NCBI GenBank assembly: GCA_030704615.1
Contig: CM060733.1
Coordinates: 6,696,001 to 6,760,000, forward strand
Length of the DNA stretch: 64,000 bases
Direction of reading: 5' to 3'
Source of the DNA: Takakia lepidozioides
Taxonomy: Eukaryota > Plantae > Bryophyta
Part shown: one piece after another, positions 44,403 through 55,709 of the stretch
How positions within the stretch are numbered: the stretch's first letter is position 1
Layout: every line of letters starts with the position of its first letter
The notes under the pieces: model-generated
Told to the model about the DNA's origin: nothing
The model's input: only the letters and a program-made list of their open reading frames with translations
Databases searched by the model: none
Program-made: the position numbers and the translations under genes

Positions 44403-47177
44403 ATGGCTATATACCCTTCAGTTGTTTGTTCACTTGCTTCTCCAATACCGCACATATCCTCGCAATGTGGAAGCTTCCGAGCTGTGGAGACAGCCGTTCT
44501 GCGAACATTCCTCGTCTCCAGGACGGGAGTTGCTCGGGCTCACTCCTTCGAAAGCCAGAGTAAATCCCATTTTGTCTTTCCCCAAAGATTTGAGGCGTTT
44601 CGGGAGCAGAGAATTTCTTCCGTTCCTTTCAGAGGACGACCGCTGCGAACTCGGGCCTTTCCAGAAGGTATGATGACTACCTTGCCTAGTTGGTGGAGCT
44701 GGGGTGGAGCTTCTCAGGTATCTCTTCGGCTTGTCGACGCTTCATCTCTTACTTCACCTCCTTGTCGTATTTGTTTCTGGAGTATGGCTCAGGGAAAGAC
44801 TGACACATGAATTCTTTGGGAAACAGTTAGGGTACGTGTCGTGGATATAAGTTCTCATGTTCTAGTAGTATGGTACTTGCTTTTGTCAGTTCTCAGAATA
44901 TTGAGAAGAATGAAGAAATTTATGAGATTCTTTGGTGGGAGCTGACCTAGCACAGAGGTTGGCTAATTCCTCAAGGTTGAACCAGGGGTGCCAGAGGAGA
45001 TTTTGGAGGACAAAAATTTTGTGCCGATCAACGACGAGGATCCACGCTTTGGTCCTCCAGTAAGTAAGTTTCCCTCCCTCCGTTCTGTCCTTGCGAGCTG
45101 CATGCGGAAGGTCAGGTAGTGATTATTACCCATGGCCATCTAACATACACTTCGTTGGAATATTCTGTTTTCCATTATGTGGTCTAGGGGCTTTTCCTAT
45201 CTTGGAAGGAACTCACTTGTAGCATGTGCTTTTGAAGTTTTCAAACTTAACTAGGTCTTGACAGTCTTTTGTCACCAATTCGTGTGCATGTGTTGACAGC
45301 CCTCCCTTCATAGAGCATATGGATCAGAGCTGAGGGGACAGTGCATTTCTGTTGCTGCTCTGGCTGCACTCCTTGCCATGGGCTAACAGGAGTATACTTA
45401 CCAGTGATATGTCTGTACTGAAGTCAGTACGTGAGACAGAGATTTTCTGCATCATTCAATCAGTTCCTTGAATTCCGAAGGCTAGGTGGAACTGAAGAAC
45501 TTGCAAAAGAAAGACCAGTGGCATAGTTCAAGATAGAGAGACCACGATACTTGTGCTTCTAGTTTTGATTGAGGGGGTTTGCATATGTTGGTCTGCAGGC
45601 ACTTCTGCTACTGGGGTTTAGTGAAGAGGATGTTCCAAAGGTAAACAGCCTCAATGTTTTCCAGCTTCTGTATATTTGGTAGTCCTTTTCTGGTATCGTG
45701 AGAAGAAACCTTTAAAAGCGTTTCAGTTTTCTGGCTATTGGGGTTCAAGCAGAATTTGAGGAAGGTAGAGATATCCTCTGGAAAGGTCACTTTGAAGCAG
45801 CATGATCCCAACGTTCAATGTGATACACTCGAAAAGGTGCTGTGTGCGTGCAGGTGAATCAATTGCTAGCGGACATGGATGGTGGCTTCTTGAAGGTAAT
45901 CCCTGAATTGCTATGGATCAGTAGTAATTCCCTTTGTGTTTCCCCTCCATCTGCCTCTTCTTACTCTGCTGCCAATTCGGTTGTGATGTGCAGTAGCGGG
46001 GGTAGAACTGAGAACTTTTCTCTTGGTGAGAACCGCCCAAGTAGCTGATCATCATGGCAACCTACATTGCCATTTGGTATGCAGGTTCTGTTGGGTACAG
46101 AGGAGATGGTGAAAGGCTCATTGAGCAATGCTTTGAATTCCTCTCAGCCTGACTTGTCCAAAGTCAAGGTACATTCTTCTCTCGATGCTGTGTTTTGTGG
46201 CATTTGCATCCTACTTGTTTTGAAATCACAAACAGATACTGTGTCATTGAGAGTGGCATTGAATGTTTTCATCTGAAGTACACATGGTCTTTGATTGTCA
46301 TGGTCTAGCAGACAGACTAGTAGCAAGAGAAATCAATGGAATTCGTTGAAAACAGTTTGCAAGAACTATTTAATCAGGCCACTGCCTTTTCATCAATCAC
46401 TGAACTGGAAAACAAACTCTGAGGACACCAGAGTGTTAGGGATGCATGTTACTCTGCATCATCCATGTTGTAGTCCAAAACACTAATTATTGTCTCCCAC
46501 GAGTACTTCCCTAATCTAGAGTTGGATATGTGCATTCAGGCAGCCAAAGGGATACCACAAATTTGCTTCCTGTCTGGTTTAACTGGTGAAGAGCTCATGA
46601 TGCTTGTCCAGGCATTCCCACAAGCTGGTCTCTCTCTTTCTCTCTCTCTCTCTTGTGACATTGCAGTTTATTGCTTTCTTTCTCTGTGGTCGTCATGTGC
46701 AGTAGATGGTCTTACTTCTCCCTCTGTTTCTTTCTGGTTGATGTCCTTCATTTCTTTCTCGCTCTCCATCCTAGTTCCCTTTGTTCCGCCCAAACTTTAG
46801 GACACCAGGCTAAGGCAAATAATATCTCCATCATTGTGTTGCTTTTTCACATGTAGTTGCCAAACATGTGTGCAGGGTTTAGGGGGACAGTGTTTGCTGC
46901 CCATGTACCCCTGAACAGCCAAAAACCACTGGAACAACTCATTGAGGAAATTATGGGTGACCACGAGCGCCTGGTAAGCCCTGATGCCATCATATTGCAT
47001 TAGTGTAAACTATTTTAAAGGCACACAACATGTTTCCAACTTTAGACTGTACTTGCATTGTCATTTTTATTAATTTGCACCGAAGTTAGAAAACTGTCTT
47101 GTGTTATAATCTGCACTGAGTTGTAATTGTGACTGGTCATTGCGCAGAGCAAACGCAGGGAACCAGCTCAAGCCTAA
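44403..47177 (+). CDS. DUF3783-family protein, probably plastid targeted (8 coding exons)
   Basis: S/R-rich transit-like exon, then GVPEEILEDKNFVPINDEDPRFGPP|ALLLLGF..|VNQLLADMDGGFLK|..|ICFLSGLTGEELMMLVQAFP..|FAAHVPLNSQKPLEQLIEEIMGDHERL|SKRREPAQA*; GT-AG phases consistent where checked. Confidence 0.8.
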
Positions 47178-47687
47178 ATCTGCCACAACAGTGCTTAATT
47201 GACTAGGGATTGTCATGAAAGTTGGTTACGAGATATAGGGCTAGATTCATGTACTTATCTCCTCTCCCTCTGAAGCAAAAGAGCCATTCCTATTGGCCAA
47301 GCCTTCTGTCCCAAATCACAAGGCAATGGTAGATGGTCAAGTGCATGTTGGAGTATGTGAATGTGGAATTGTCGCCCTAGTTATGAAAGCTTCGGACTTC
47401 CATTGTGCAAGTTGTAAATGAGGAATATACAAATCGCAAGTGGTACTTTTAAGCATTTGAAAGTTGGAAAGTGAATTGAGTGTTCTCACCTGAAACGTTA
47501 CTGAAGCTCCGTCTGTCCAAATGGAGGTGGAACACAAGGTATGATGCCTTAATAACACACTAGTTTGTCTAGTGGAATGCCAGCAACTAGGTGAGATAAT
47601 CAGTTGTTATCTTGAAGGAATTCTGAGGGAGAATCAGTTTGGCAGCAACACTAAAGAGGATGCTGAAGTACTGTTGCTGTGGGACTG

Positions 47688-49158
47688 CTACTGCTGCTTC
47701 TTCTTCCTTTCAAATGCCTTACTGATTTTGCTCCAGGAATGTATGGTGATGTACAATGGGATCACCACCCATATACCGTTCATGACGATATAATAGAACC
47801 AATAATACAGAGGACTGGGTGCCGAATACTCCTTGCCTTCAAGAATAACAGTGACAAAGTACACAATATCACCATACAGTTGCCCGACTGATACTGCCAA
47901 CTGGAGTGTGTAATGGTATGTTGTCTGTGCACCAATTGCATATCTGCCCACTCAACATGTACAAGTCAGTGTTTTCTTCTTTCTTCTTTCAGGCTAGCTC
48001 AATCAAATCACCTCACCCACCCCCCTGTTCCTATATATTACTTAAAGTAGTCTGTCTCTGTGTCTCTGCGGTTACTTCCCCTGCCCCTGTGTAATACTTC
48101 CTGTTGTTGTCTGGGACACTTCAATTAGAATGAAGAGGAAAGAGTGGTTTACATACACAGCAAGAAGGCAGCCAGGGCCTGCCAGAACAGCAGTGATTCC
48201 TTCTAAACACACAACCGTTGCATCACGGGCCACATAGCGGGAATCAGCCTTGCTGTACTCCTTCCCTGCCATCATTCCCCAACTCGTGTCAATGCTGGAG
48301 CTAAGGAATGACCAAAAGCAGTCGGTGTGCAAATTACTCTTTATGATGGATTGGGCGTTGAAATATGGACTGGTGTAGAAATCATGTTCACAACATGCTG
48401 TAGATTCCAGCATGCTGTGCACCTAATTCAGCCACGAAAGGGACATGGCTGTCATTGCATTGCTAGTCAAGGTGTTTACAAAGCACCAAGATAATGTACT
48501 CATAAGACATTATTTGCCGTAGCCTTCTGAATGGCTCACTCCAGTAGTGGGACTGCTGTTGTTTATATCACAAAAGTACAAAGAGAGAGAGACTTACAAA
48601 CTTCTGCCAAAAGATTAGACTCAGTGAGCTTATAGAAGTCAGGAGTAAACACGAAGTAACCCTCAAGCACAATGTGTGTGAGGCCAGAGAACGCAAACCA
48701 ACACATCAAGTATCTCTCCAATGTACTCACTCTTGTGTACTTTCCTGCACCCACACCCAAGGGATACAAAAGCCTTCAGGAGCCCGCTCCTCGCACCCAA
48801 GCACCTGCTCTACAATAACCTCTGCACAGACTAACTACTTCAGCTGGGCTAGTACCAATAAGAAGATTCATCCATTGCTGCACGGAGTATTCCCATTGAT
48901 ACGGTCAGGTCACACCAGGTAACACCAACTAAACTTACACATCTCTATTTCTCGATTGGGGATCCCCACATTCAGTGAAGAGACAAAAGGGTAGCGAGGA
49001 AAACCTGAGTGGAGCCACACAGCAATAATAACGAGGAGAGAGGCACCCCCGTAAACAGAGAGAATGAAGACCTGCGACATAACCGCCGGTGAGAACCCTG
49101 GAAGCTCAAGACTCTGCGGATAGTAAGGATGCAACGCCTCCATCTTCGTCGCCTCCAT
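47688..49158 (-). CDS. HYD1: 3-beta-hydroxysteroid delta8,delta7-isomerase (EBP/EXPERA family)
   Basis: HPYYP, CWFAFSGLTHIVLEGYF, KEYSKADSRY, EGITAVLAGP, QLYGDIVYF, YYIVMNGIWVVIP and a Lys-rich C-terminus; four exons. Confidence 0.93.
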
Positions 49159-51073
49159 GATTGAGAGTGAGAGTGAGAAGAGTAGAGCGGGAAGAACCGA
49201 GGGATCTCTCCGCCTGCCCTCCTCGCAGGGACGAGATTTGGAGGACAGATTGCCCTTCAAGCCCTGTTCATTTAAACATTTCTTTATAGTTTTGTATTCT
49301 GGCGAGCGGCTAATAAATCCGGTAGCAGGGCAGGCTCCTCTGGCACGCTACAGGACAGATTTGATTTTTAGGGCGTCGACAGCTTTGTTTCCCTTCATTG
49401 CCAGCCGGTTACCTCCATTCATAACCCCTTGTAGTGTACCTACCCCTTTCTCTGGTTTCTACCTCTCTCTGCGTTTTTGGCACCCTCTCCATTGTTGCGA
49501 TTAGTTCTTTCACATGTACTGTTTCTGAAATGGAGTCTACAGTGATGATTCATACGATCAGCCATCTTTTGAATTAGGCTGTGACGATGTTGATCAGGTG
49601 AGCGATTCCAATATTGACAAAAAGCACGTCCTCGATATTGGCCAGCTAGAGCAATCTGTGGTACTCCAACTACACAGATGGTAGTGCATGACGTACATCA
49701 ATTGGCGATAGTTCCTGCCTGTAGTGACGTGAGTGATAGAGCCATTATGTTAGACCTCGTGGAATATTCATCGATTTTGAGCCAGAAGAGATCCAAGTAT
49801 CCTAGTATTTGAAATGAATGATGGTGCCGCAAGGGCTTCACTGCGTGGAGAAAACATGCACATGCCGATCGTGAGATCCAAAACATTGCAAGAACTAGGC
49901 CAAATCTTAGGCGATGCTTTCTAATGATATGTGAGAAATCTGGGGAGAGGTTCCCGACTGCCAGTATCATGAACCTTGAGTGAAAATAGAGATTCTTCGA
50001 CCTCAGCACAAAAGAATGAACGACACAGGTGTAAGTCCGCATGTTCTAATAGTATGCTACTTTTTTTTCTTTTTTCTTTTTTTTTTTCGGTGAAAGGGGA
50101 TGAGGCCCTTGTTAGTTTTATTGAGGGAAAAAAATTAAAACCCTTACATGCCCGTAGGCTGCCATGAGGCCTACCACACGATAAACATGTTGGAGAATCC
50201 ATGAGAATAGAGACTAGATGCCTGCCATGAGGCAAAGAGCTGATTTATGTCTAGGACCTAGAACTGAAGCAGCGCCCAAGCTAGGGATCTGACTTATGAG
50301 GACGAGACTGAAGGCAAAAAAAAAAAGGGCGGTAAGACCAATATGACCAAGGTGACAGACGGATCGATGCTGAGGAAGACCGAACAGAAGCCCTGACCGA
50401 GGGAAACACTGATTGCATGGAATCTAACCTAAGAACTGCAATCGAGCCCGAGAGGCCACCTTCACATGTTTCCAATTGATGTCAGATTTGTCAAATTCCA
50501 GAGATGCCGAAGATGAGGGCCCATTGATGCCTCCAAGGTTCGGGAATTCCTCGAGGCCACTCGCATGAGCCTGCTCCAGTGCATTTGCAAATGAGTCCGT
50601 CCCTCCCCCATGTGTCTTGGAAAATGGCGAGGAGGGTGAACTGGCGTTGAGGCTTCCTGGTGATTTCTGCACACATTTTTGCCCAAGCCAATTTAGCAGC
50701 AACCGTCAAGTCAAAAAACACTTGAGTGAGTATGGCGGTGGCCGAGGTATTGTGCGAGTCCAAAGTCCATCTGCATCTGGCTTTCCATAATTGCCAGTTA
50801 GTTCTTAGAACATAGAGAAAAATAATTAAATCCATGAGAAATTGTTGGGGTTGTGGTACAAACGTAATCGCCTCATCGGAATGAATAGTTCATCCCTTAG
50901 GGTCATGAAGAACAATCGTATGGTGTCTTTTGTGTCTTCACTACATCTCTCCAACGATCTCTTCAATTCCTCCCTTCTCTCTCCCATTGATTCTTTGGTG
51001 GGACAGACCTAGCACAGGCGAGGTTCGCTAATTCCTCAAGGATGAACCAGGCAGTGATTACTCACCTCACATA

Positions 51074-51614
51074 CCGGACAGCCGTTTAGGCGATAATTAA
51101 TTCAAAATGAAAGTGCCTAACCAATTCTGTGAAATTTTCAGATTTTAGCCTAATTGTTCGGAAACTATGGGACCAAAGTGCCTAATGCCCAAAAATTCCA
51201 GCAAATAACTTGCAAGCCTCTTCTCATGCTGTTTGTAATAAGATCAAAATTTCATTGAACAAAAATCAATACAAATATTTGCATGCGGAAATAACTTCCT
51301 ACAAAGCAATCTATTTACGAGAGCTCCATGTAACTTCGAAAGGCCCTTGCATGGACTACACAATGTCATCATATTAGGGTTTCAAATGAAATGAAAGGTA
51401 GCTGGAGCCTGGAAGGGCCCATGGGCATTGGGTGTCTATTTTGTAATTTTATTCTTAAAAAAATAAATGTTTTCTCTTCTCACGTGCCTAATTCTAAAAA
51501 ATTATGGCATGAAGATGTCTAATGTGAGAAATGGTTTTCAAAACGTGCCTAATTTGCTGATTGATTGAATTTATTATTAGGCGCAAAAATGCCTAAACGG
51601 TTGTCCAGGGACGG
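51074..51614. mobile_element. MITE with TA target duplication (Tc1/mariner-like)
   Basis: ta|ccggacagccgtttaggc ... gcctaaacggttgtccagggacgg|ta; AT-rich interior with repeated gcctaa. Confidence 0.7.
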
Positions 51615-51704
51615 TATACTTCGTTGGAATATTCTTTTCATTATATGGGTGTAGGCCGTTGTCTCATGTTGGAAGGAACTCGGCTTTAGCATGTGCTTTT
51701 AATA

Positions 51705-52344
51705 TGTCGTGCGCATACATATCGCTACACAACTACATCGCTGTCCAAAACCACACAACACATGTGCACACCACACACTAGTATACCACTAGGCTGCCAC
51801 TATGCTACCCACTATGGCAGTCACTAGTCCACCACAATGATAAAGATGAAAAATACAAGCACAAGCTCATGCAAGCTCACAAAGCTGAAGCATAAACTCA
51901 TGCATATATAAACTCATCACTCAAATACAAGTCAAGCCAAGTGCACCCCACGCCATGGGGAATCCACATTACGGCGCCATAGTTAGGCGCGGTGAGGCTC
52001 AACTCGAGAAAGATGAGCCTCCCGCGTTTTCCGTGAAGATAACCATTCCAGGGTCTAAATCTGCTTTGACCCCTGGATTGACATTTGGGCCAATCCCAAA
52101 TGTCAATATATAAAAGCTAGCTATTTCCTAGCTAGTTTTACACTAATGGTGAAATAACTTGACAGCTATCGTGCGCATACATATTGCTACACAACTACAT
52201 CGTTGTCCAAAACCACACAACACATGTGCACACCACACACTAGTATATCACTAGTCCAGCCACTAGTCTAACCACTAGGCTGTCACTAATCAGTCACTAG
52301 GCTGCCACTATGCTGCCCACTATTGCAGTCACTAGTCCACCACA
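51705..52344 (-). repeat. Split terminal repeats B1 (52167-52344), A2 (51838-52164), B2 (51705-51836)
   Basis: B1 and B2 are direct copies of each other; A2 is the reverse complement of 58714-59040. Confidence 0.9.
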
Positions 52345-52370
52345 ATCGCCCCCCTAGCTGGTGCTTAGGT

Positions 52371-53490
52371 CACTACTACATTTAGGGGGGGTTAGCGACG
52401 CCAGGACCCCGGAGGCGCCGACCCCCTTGCGACTGCAGCATCGCACTGGCGCCCAGCTCGGGACTTGCGACGTCGAGGCGTCGTAACGCCGGCACAAATA
52501 CGACGTTGTGGCATCTTGCGATGTCATGCCGTCGCCGGAAAGGGGCCTCACCCCATTCCAACGCACTAGGGGGGGGGGGGTGCGACGCCCCCAGGATGCT
52601 GCGACGTCGGGAGTCGCAACGAGATGTCGCAACGAGATGTCGCAGCGACGCTTTTGCGACGGCCGGCGCTCCTACGACGGCGGGGAATCGCAATGCCTTT
52701 TTGTTTTTTTTTTTTTCGCGATTCTCCGCCGTCGCAGGGGTTGCGGCGCTGCGATTCCCCGGCGTCATGGGGGCGTCGCAGAAAATTGATTCTGGGAGTA
52801 GATTGTAAAGCATAATGGGCTTGACATCCTCAGACTATAGCCATTGGCCAACAATAAGTTGCAATGCAGCTTTGCAAAACTTAGGCCATTGATAGATATT
52901 TGTTCTTGAAGAACTCTGGGGACAAGTCTCGGTGCAAGTTCCAACTGTGCGAGCTCCTGTAGAGTACACATAATCTGCAACACAATGATAGGATTGAGAT
53001 AGTGGTAGTCACTAGGAGCTAACTTTTGATATGTATATATATATTTGGACTGCTTTTGTGATCCATAGATGTATTGTAGATTTGTTGGTTAGTGTGCAGT
53101 GTCTTAAAAATGTTATAATGTGGAGGTCCTAGGTTCAAATATGCATTGTCTAATATATGTAGAACAATGCATGAACTACCATTGGACAAAACCGGAGTCA
53201 ATGGTCAACTTGTTTTTGAAATTCAAAATGCAAATTTAAATTCAAATTCAAATTTTTCCACATAAATTCAGATTTTCCCTCCTACTGTGACGTCTGGGGG
53301 TCATATTTACGACCCCCGGATGTCCCTAATGCGACGTCGCAGAAAAAACGTCGCAGAATTTTTTTATTTATTTTATTTTTATTTTTATTTTTTTGTTGAT
53401 GCCCGGACATTGCAAGTCGCACCGGCGCCGCGGCCGGGGCGTCCTGGGGGGTTTGCGATTCCCCGACGTCGCCAAATGCCCCCGATGTGA
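52371..53490. mobile_element. CACTA-like DNA transposon remnants
   Basis: CACTACTACA at 52371 followed by GC-rich GCGACG/CGTCGC subterminal repeats (52390-52790 and 53286-53490). Right TIR and TSD not identified. Confidence 0.6.
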
Positions 53491-53667
53491 CTTCCTGATA
53501 ACCGCCGTAGCCTCACTAAGTCCTCCACCATTGTCCCTACTACACTCAAATTCGATAGATCAAGAGGTCGAGTATGAGAATTGCCCCATTGTTAGTCGTT
53601 GTCTTGCAACTTGTGAACTTGAGCCTAGGATCTCGTGTATTGACTCATATGAGCTCGGCCCCGCATG

Positions 53668-54604
53668 CTATCCCAAGCAGTGTAGACATAACCAATCTCC
53701 ATCAGGAACCCTCTCAAGAGGTGGTGTCAAACATCCCATATGCCAACCTCTTGAGCATCGATCACACACCAGCATGGTGGCTACCCCTTTGGCAGACCCA
53801 CAGAGCATGCACCTCAAACCTGCAGGTACCACTACCAAGTTTGGGTCAGCTCTGCCATCGACATTGGGAAGGTGACATGGCACACAATTACGCACATGGT
53901 CCTTCCAAGTCATGTCATCCCGACCCTCCAAGATCAGCATTCCTGAGGACAACACTTCTCGAACCCTCAAAATAACACGTCCTGTAGTCACATCCAGGGT
54001 CGTAGGAGCAGTCTGCTGCAAATAAACATAGTCACCAGGGTTAAACCTCCGAACCCCAGGACGATATCCTCCACCACGTATAATGGCATACCTCAACATA
54101 TCACGGTGTTGTTTAATGGCAAAATTATCAAAAGCCATGGGCATGACTTTCTTGAACAACTTTGCACAATGATCACATGCACGTACCCACACGTCCGGAT
54201 CGTCAAGATTGAGGACTTGAGCAGTGTCCCTACGAATGGCTACAGGCAAATCCCTCTCCTTGGTAGTCACAGTGGCTGTCGTGTCTCCATTGCGGAGGTA
54301 GTCCAACACAACCGAATCCTCATGTATATCTGTGGCACCACTTGGCTCATCACTAGCCTCAGGGTCCTCAGACTTCTGTCTACAGTCATCCATGTTGTAA
54401 GTCCAACCTGACCTCCCGATGCCAAGATACACAAAAAGATAGATGCATGCCATCCCGGCACCATCTCCTCGTCCGTCTCACATGCCACCGAGCTCCAGTG
54501 TCATCCTGCTGGCTCGTGCATGGATTGCGACTCAATCCATCCGCATCCCAATTGACCAAACCCGGTTGATGCACCACCTGAACATGTCTCTCATGCTCCT
54601 CCAC
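53668..54604 (-). pseudogene. Pol C-terminal fragment: RNase H end, integrase C-terminal domain and PHD finger
   Basis: CMLCGSAKGVATMLVCDRCSRGWHMGCLTPPLERVPDGDWLCLHC is a C4HC3 PHD finger, following QHRDMLRY..RRFNPGDYVYL. Confidence 0.85.
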
Positions 54605-55709
54605 CGTAGCTCGAGATGCAAAGCAATTCCTGTAAGCCCTCAGGAACTGCCATATACGTCGTCTCCCCCCTCCAATGATAATGGATCCAATGTCAGGCTC
54701 CCAATTGTCCTCCGTAACTGCAACCTTAAGTCCAACAGACTTAGAGGTATGAGACGCGTCTCGTGGTTGTTATGCTGTCAATGACAAGGTCTCATCCTAC
54801 CCCATCATCTCATCCTTAAAGACCTCCTCGACCCGAGAAGAATCCCCAACCTCATCCATCACCGCCGCCTTGGCTACCAACTCCCTCTGAACCTCGAGCA
54901 CCTCCTACGTGTGCCATGGATGTCTGCACCCCGTGGTCCTCACCTGCTCGCCCCCACTCACTGCCTGTACCGTCTCGGTAGACAGGGAGTCTGTCAAGGG
55001 ACATATAGTGGGAGAAGTTATCTGCAACCTTCACTGCTCAGTCATACTCAAGCTAATGATCCAGGTCAATCAATTGAGATCCATTGCTTGCCCCAACACC
55101 TGACGACGTGGTGCCTCAGAAAGAGAATGCACTGCCATAGTCCCAGTGGAAAAACCCGTAGCCCGCTCGCGCTCATCGGCATTAGGCTCCACTAACTGCT
55201 ACAACTGAGCATCCTACATGAGGCCAGGTCCACTATCCCGAAAAGCATGTGATCCAGGAAAGCTGAGCAGTGTAGGTAGTATTGCTCGTTGTTGACCCAG
55301 CTTGTTGACCACTGCCAAAGGTGAACGGTCATGGTGTCTCATACGCTAAGACTGTCTCCCTGTGTCCAAAATGCTATCCATTGTGAGGTGTGCTGGCCGC
55401 TGCACCCCATCAAATGCATGCTTGAGTAGTGCGGGTGGCATCAAGTTAGTTTACAATAGCCGTAGGCGATGAGCCCGTGACCCCATTGTAGCTGCATCCA
55501 ACAACACTGCTGACCCAAGCCACGACCGGACTTGATGCACACTGGCCATCACCCTGGCCCAAGAATTGCCCAACAATGGCACATTCTCCAAGATGTATGC
55601 TGGAAATACAGTTTGATGAAGTTGTAAGTGGCGTAAAACCCGCACCATCTCCCAAAATAGACCCGACCTCGAGTCTTGTTCACGAAGTAGAATGCCTAAA
55701 AGATAAAAG

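Larger units (their letters stand above)
51705..55697 (-). mobile_element. 3' half of a DNMT-carrying Gypsy-like retrotransposon (copy 1)
   Basis: DNMT motifs VI-X (YILENVP, GSRAHR, EPNADERERATGF, LGQAMD), RNase H C-terminus (VHQPGLVNWDADGLSRNP), integrase C-terminus (RRFNPGDYVYL) plus PHD, PPT 52345-52357, terminal repeats B1-A2-B2. RT and integrase core are deleted. Confidence 0.85.

Noticed and set aside
49700-50900. Possible LINE/L1 C-terminal relic (NWQLWKARC)
   Set aside because: One weak motif and no RT or endonuclease signature; too little to call.
51705-52164. Ordinary 460-bp LTR (A+B, TGTC...GACA)
   Set aside because: No PPT directly precedes it, the PPT precedes B1 instead, and the 5' copy has only A followed by the PBS-like site. 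Disfavoured but not fully excluded.
52354-52815. Several overlapping ORFs
   Set aside because: Artefacts of GC-rich CACTA-like subterminal repeats.
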